Positions 63,778-64,000 of a stretch of 64,000 bases of DNA are shown one piece after another; positions within the stretch are counted from its first letter, which is position 1, and the number at the start of each line of letters is the position of its first letter. The stretch comes from Promethearchaeota archaeon (GTDB lineage Archaea > Asgardarchaeota > Lokiarchaeia > Sigyniarchaeales > SOKP01): positions 64,001 to 128,000 of the forward strand of contig JAEOUA010000001.1 of NCBI GenBank assembly GCA_016839555.1, in the 5' to 3' direction. The notes beneath the pieces were generated by a model, which did not search any database, had not been told where the DNA came from, and saw only the letters and a list, made by a program, of their open reading frames with translations. The position numbers and the translations under genes are program-made.

Positions 63778-64000
63778 ATGAAAAAGCCAAATTTTGATTC
63801 AGATTCTATAAAGGGAGTTTTTTTTGATCTTTATGGAACCCTTTTTATTTATGATAACATGGAAGCGGCATGGGAAGATTGGATAACCATATTTTACCAA
63901 AAGTTAAAAAATAATGGACTTAAAATGAATATGGAGCAGTTTCGCTCAAAAACCGATGGATTTTTCTCACTTCCAGAACCAAAACAAAAAGAACAAGATC
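63778..64000 (+). CDS. HAD-superfamily hydrolase, N-terminal part (runs off window)
   Basis: Manual translation gives MKKPNFDSDSIKGVFFDLYGTLFIY..., which contains HAD motif I. The frame is open to the end of the window. Confidence 0.8.
   Translation, partial: MKKPNFDSDSIKGVFFDLYGTLFIYDNMEAAWEDWITIFYQKLKNNGLKMNMEQFRSKTDGFFSLPEPKQKEQD

Overview
Very AT-rich (roughly 30% GC by eye), gene-dense archaeal chromosome segment. Gene content points strongly to an Asgard archaeon of the Lokiarchaeia type (inferred from content, not from a database match). It has five Rab/Ras-like small GTPase domains (one fused to a Roadblock/LC7 domain), two longin-like proteins, two V4R-like proteins, a gelsolin-like protein, Cdc48 with an HbYX tail, an archaeal-type PSTK (selenocysteine pathway), deoxyhypusine synthase and a tetraether-lipid-synthase (Tes)-like radical SAM enzyme. 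Housekeeping and catabolic genes include argS, agmatinase, hisB, GH3, GH38, a ROK kinase, a RACE/ASKHA corrinoid activator, SNF2+SWIM and PadR-ABC. A small decaying toxin-antitoxin island at about 42.3-44.0 kb carries two in-frame amber codons. A LysW carrier gene (44279-44452) is missing from the ORF track. The best leads for an undescribed system are: (i) V4R proteins coupled to Rab-like GTPases at two loci, one of them a GTPase-thioredoxin-V4R-GTPase cassette; (ii) an overlapping gelsolin-domain / helical-repeat / duplicated beta-sandwich gene pair; (iii) a MoxR-type AAA+ ATPase paired with a TraB/YehM-like protein lacking a VWA domain. No rRNA, tRNA, CRISPR array or transposase was recognised.
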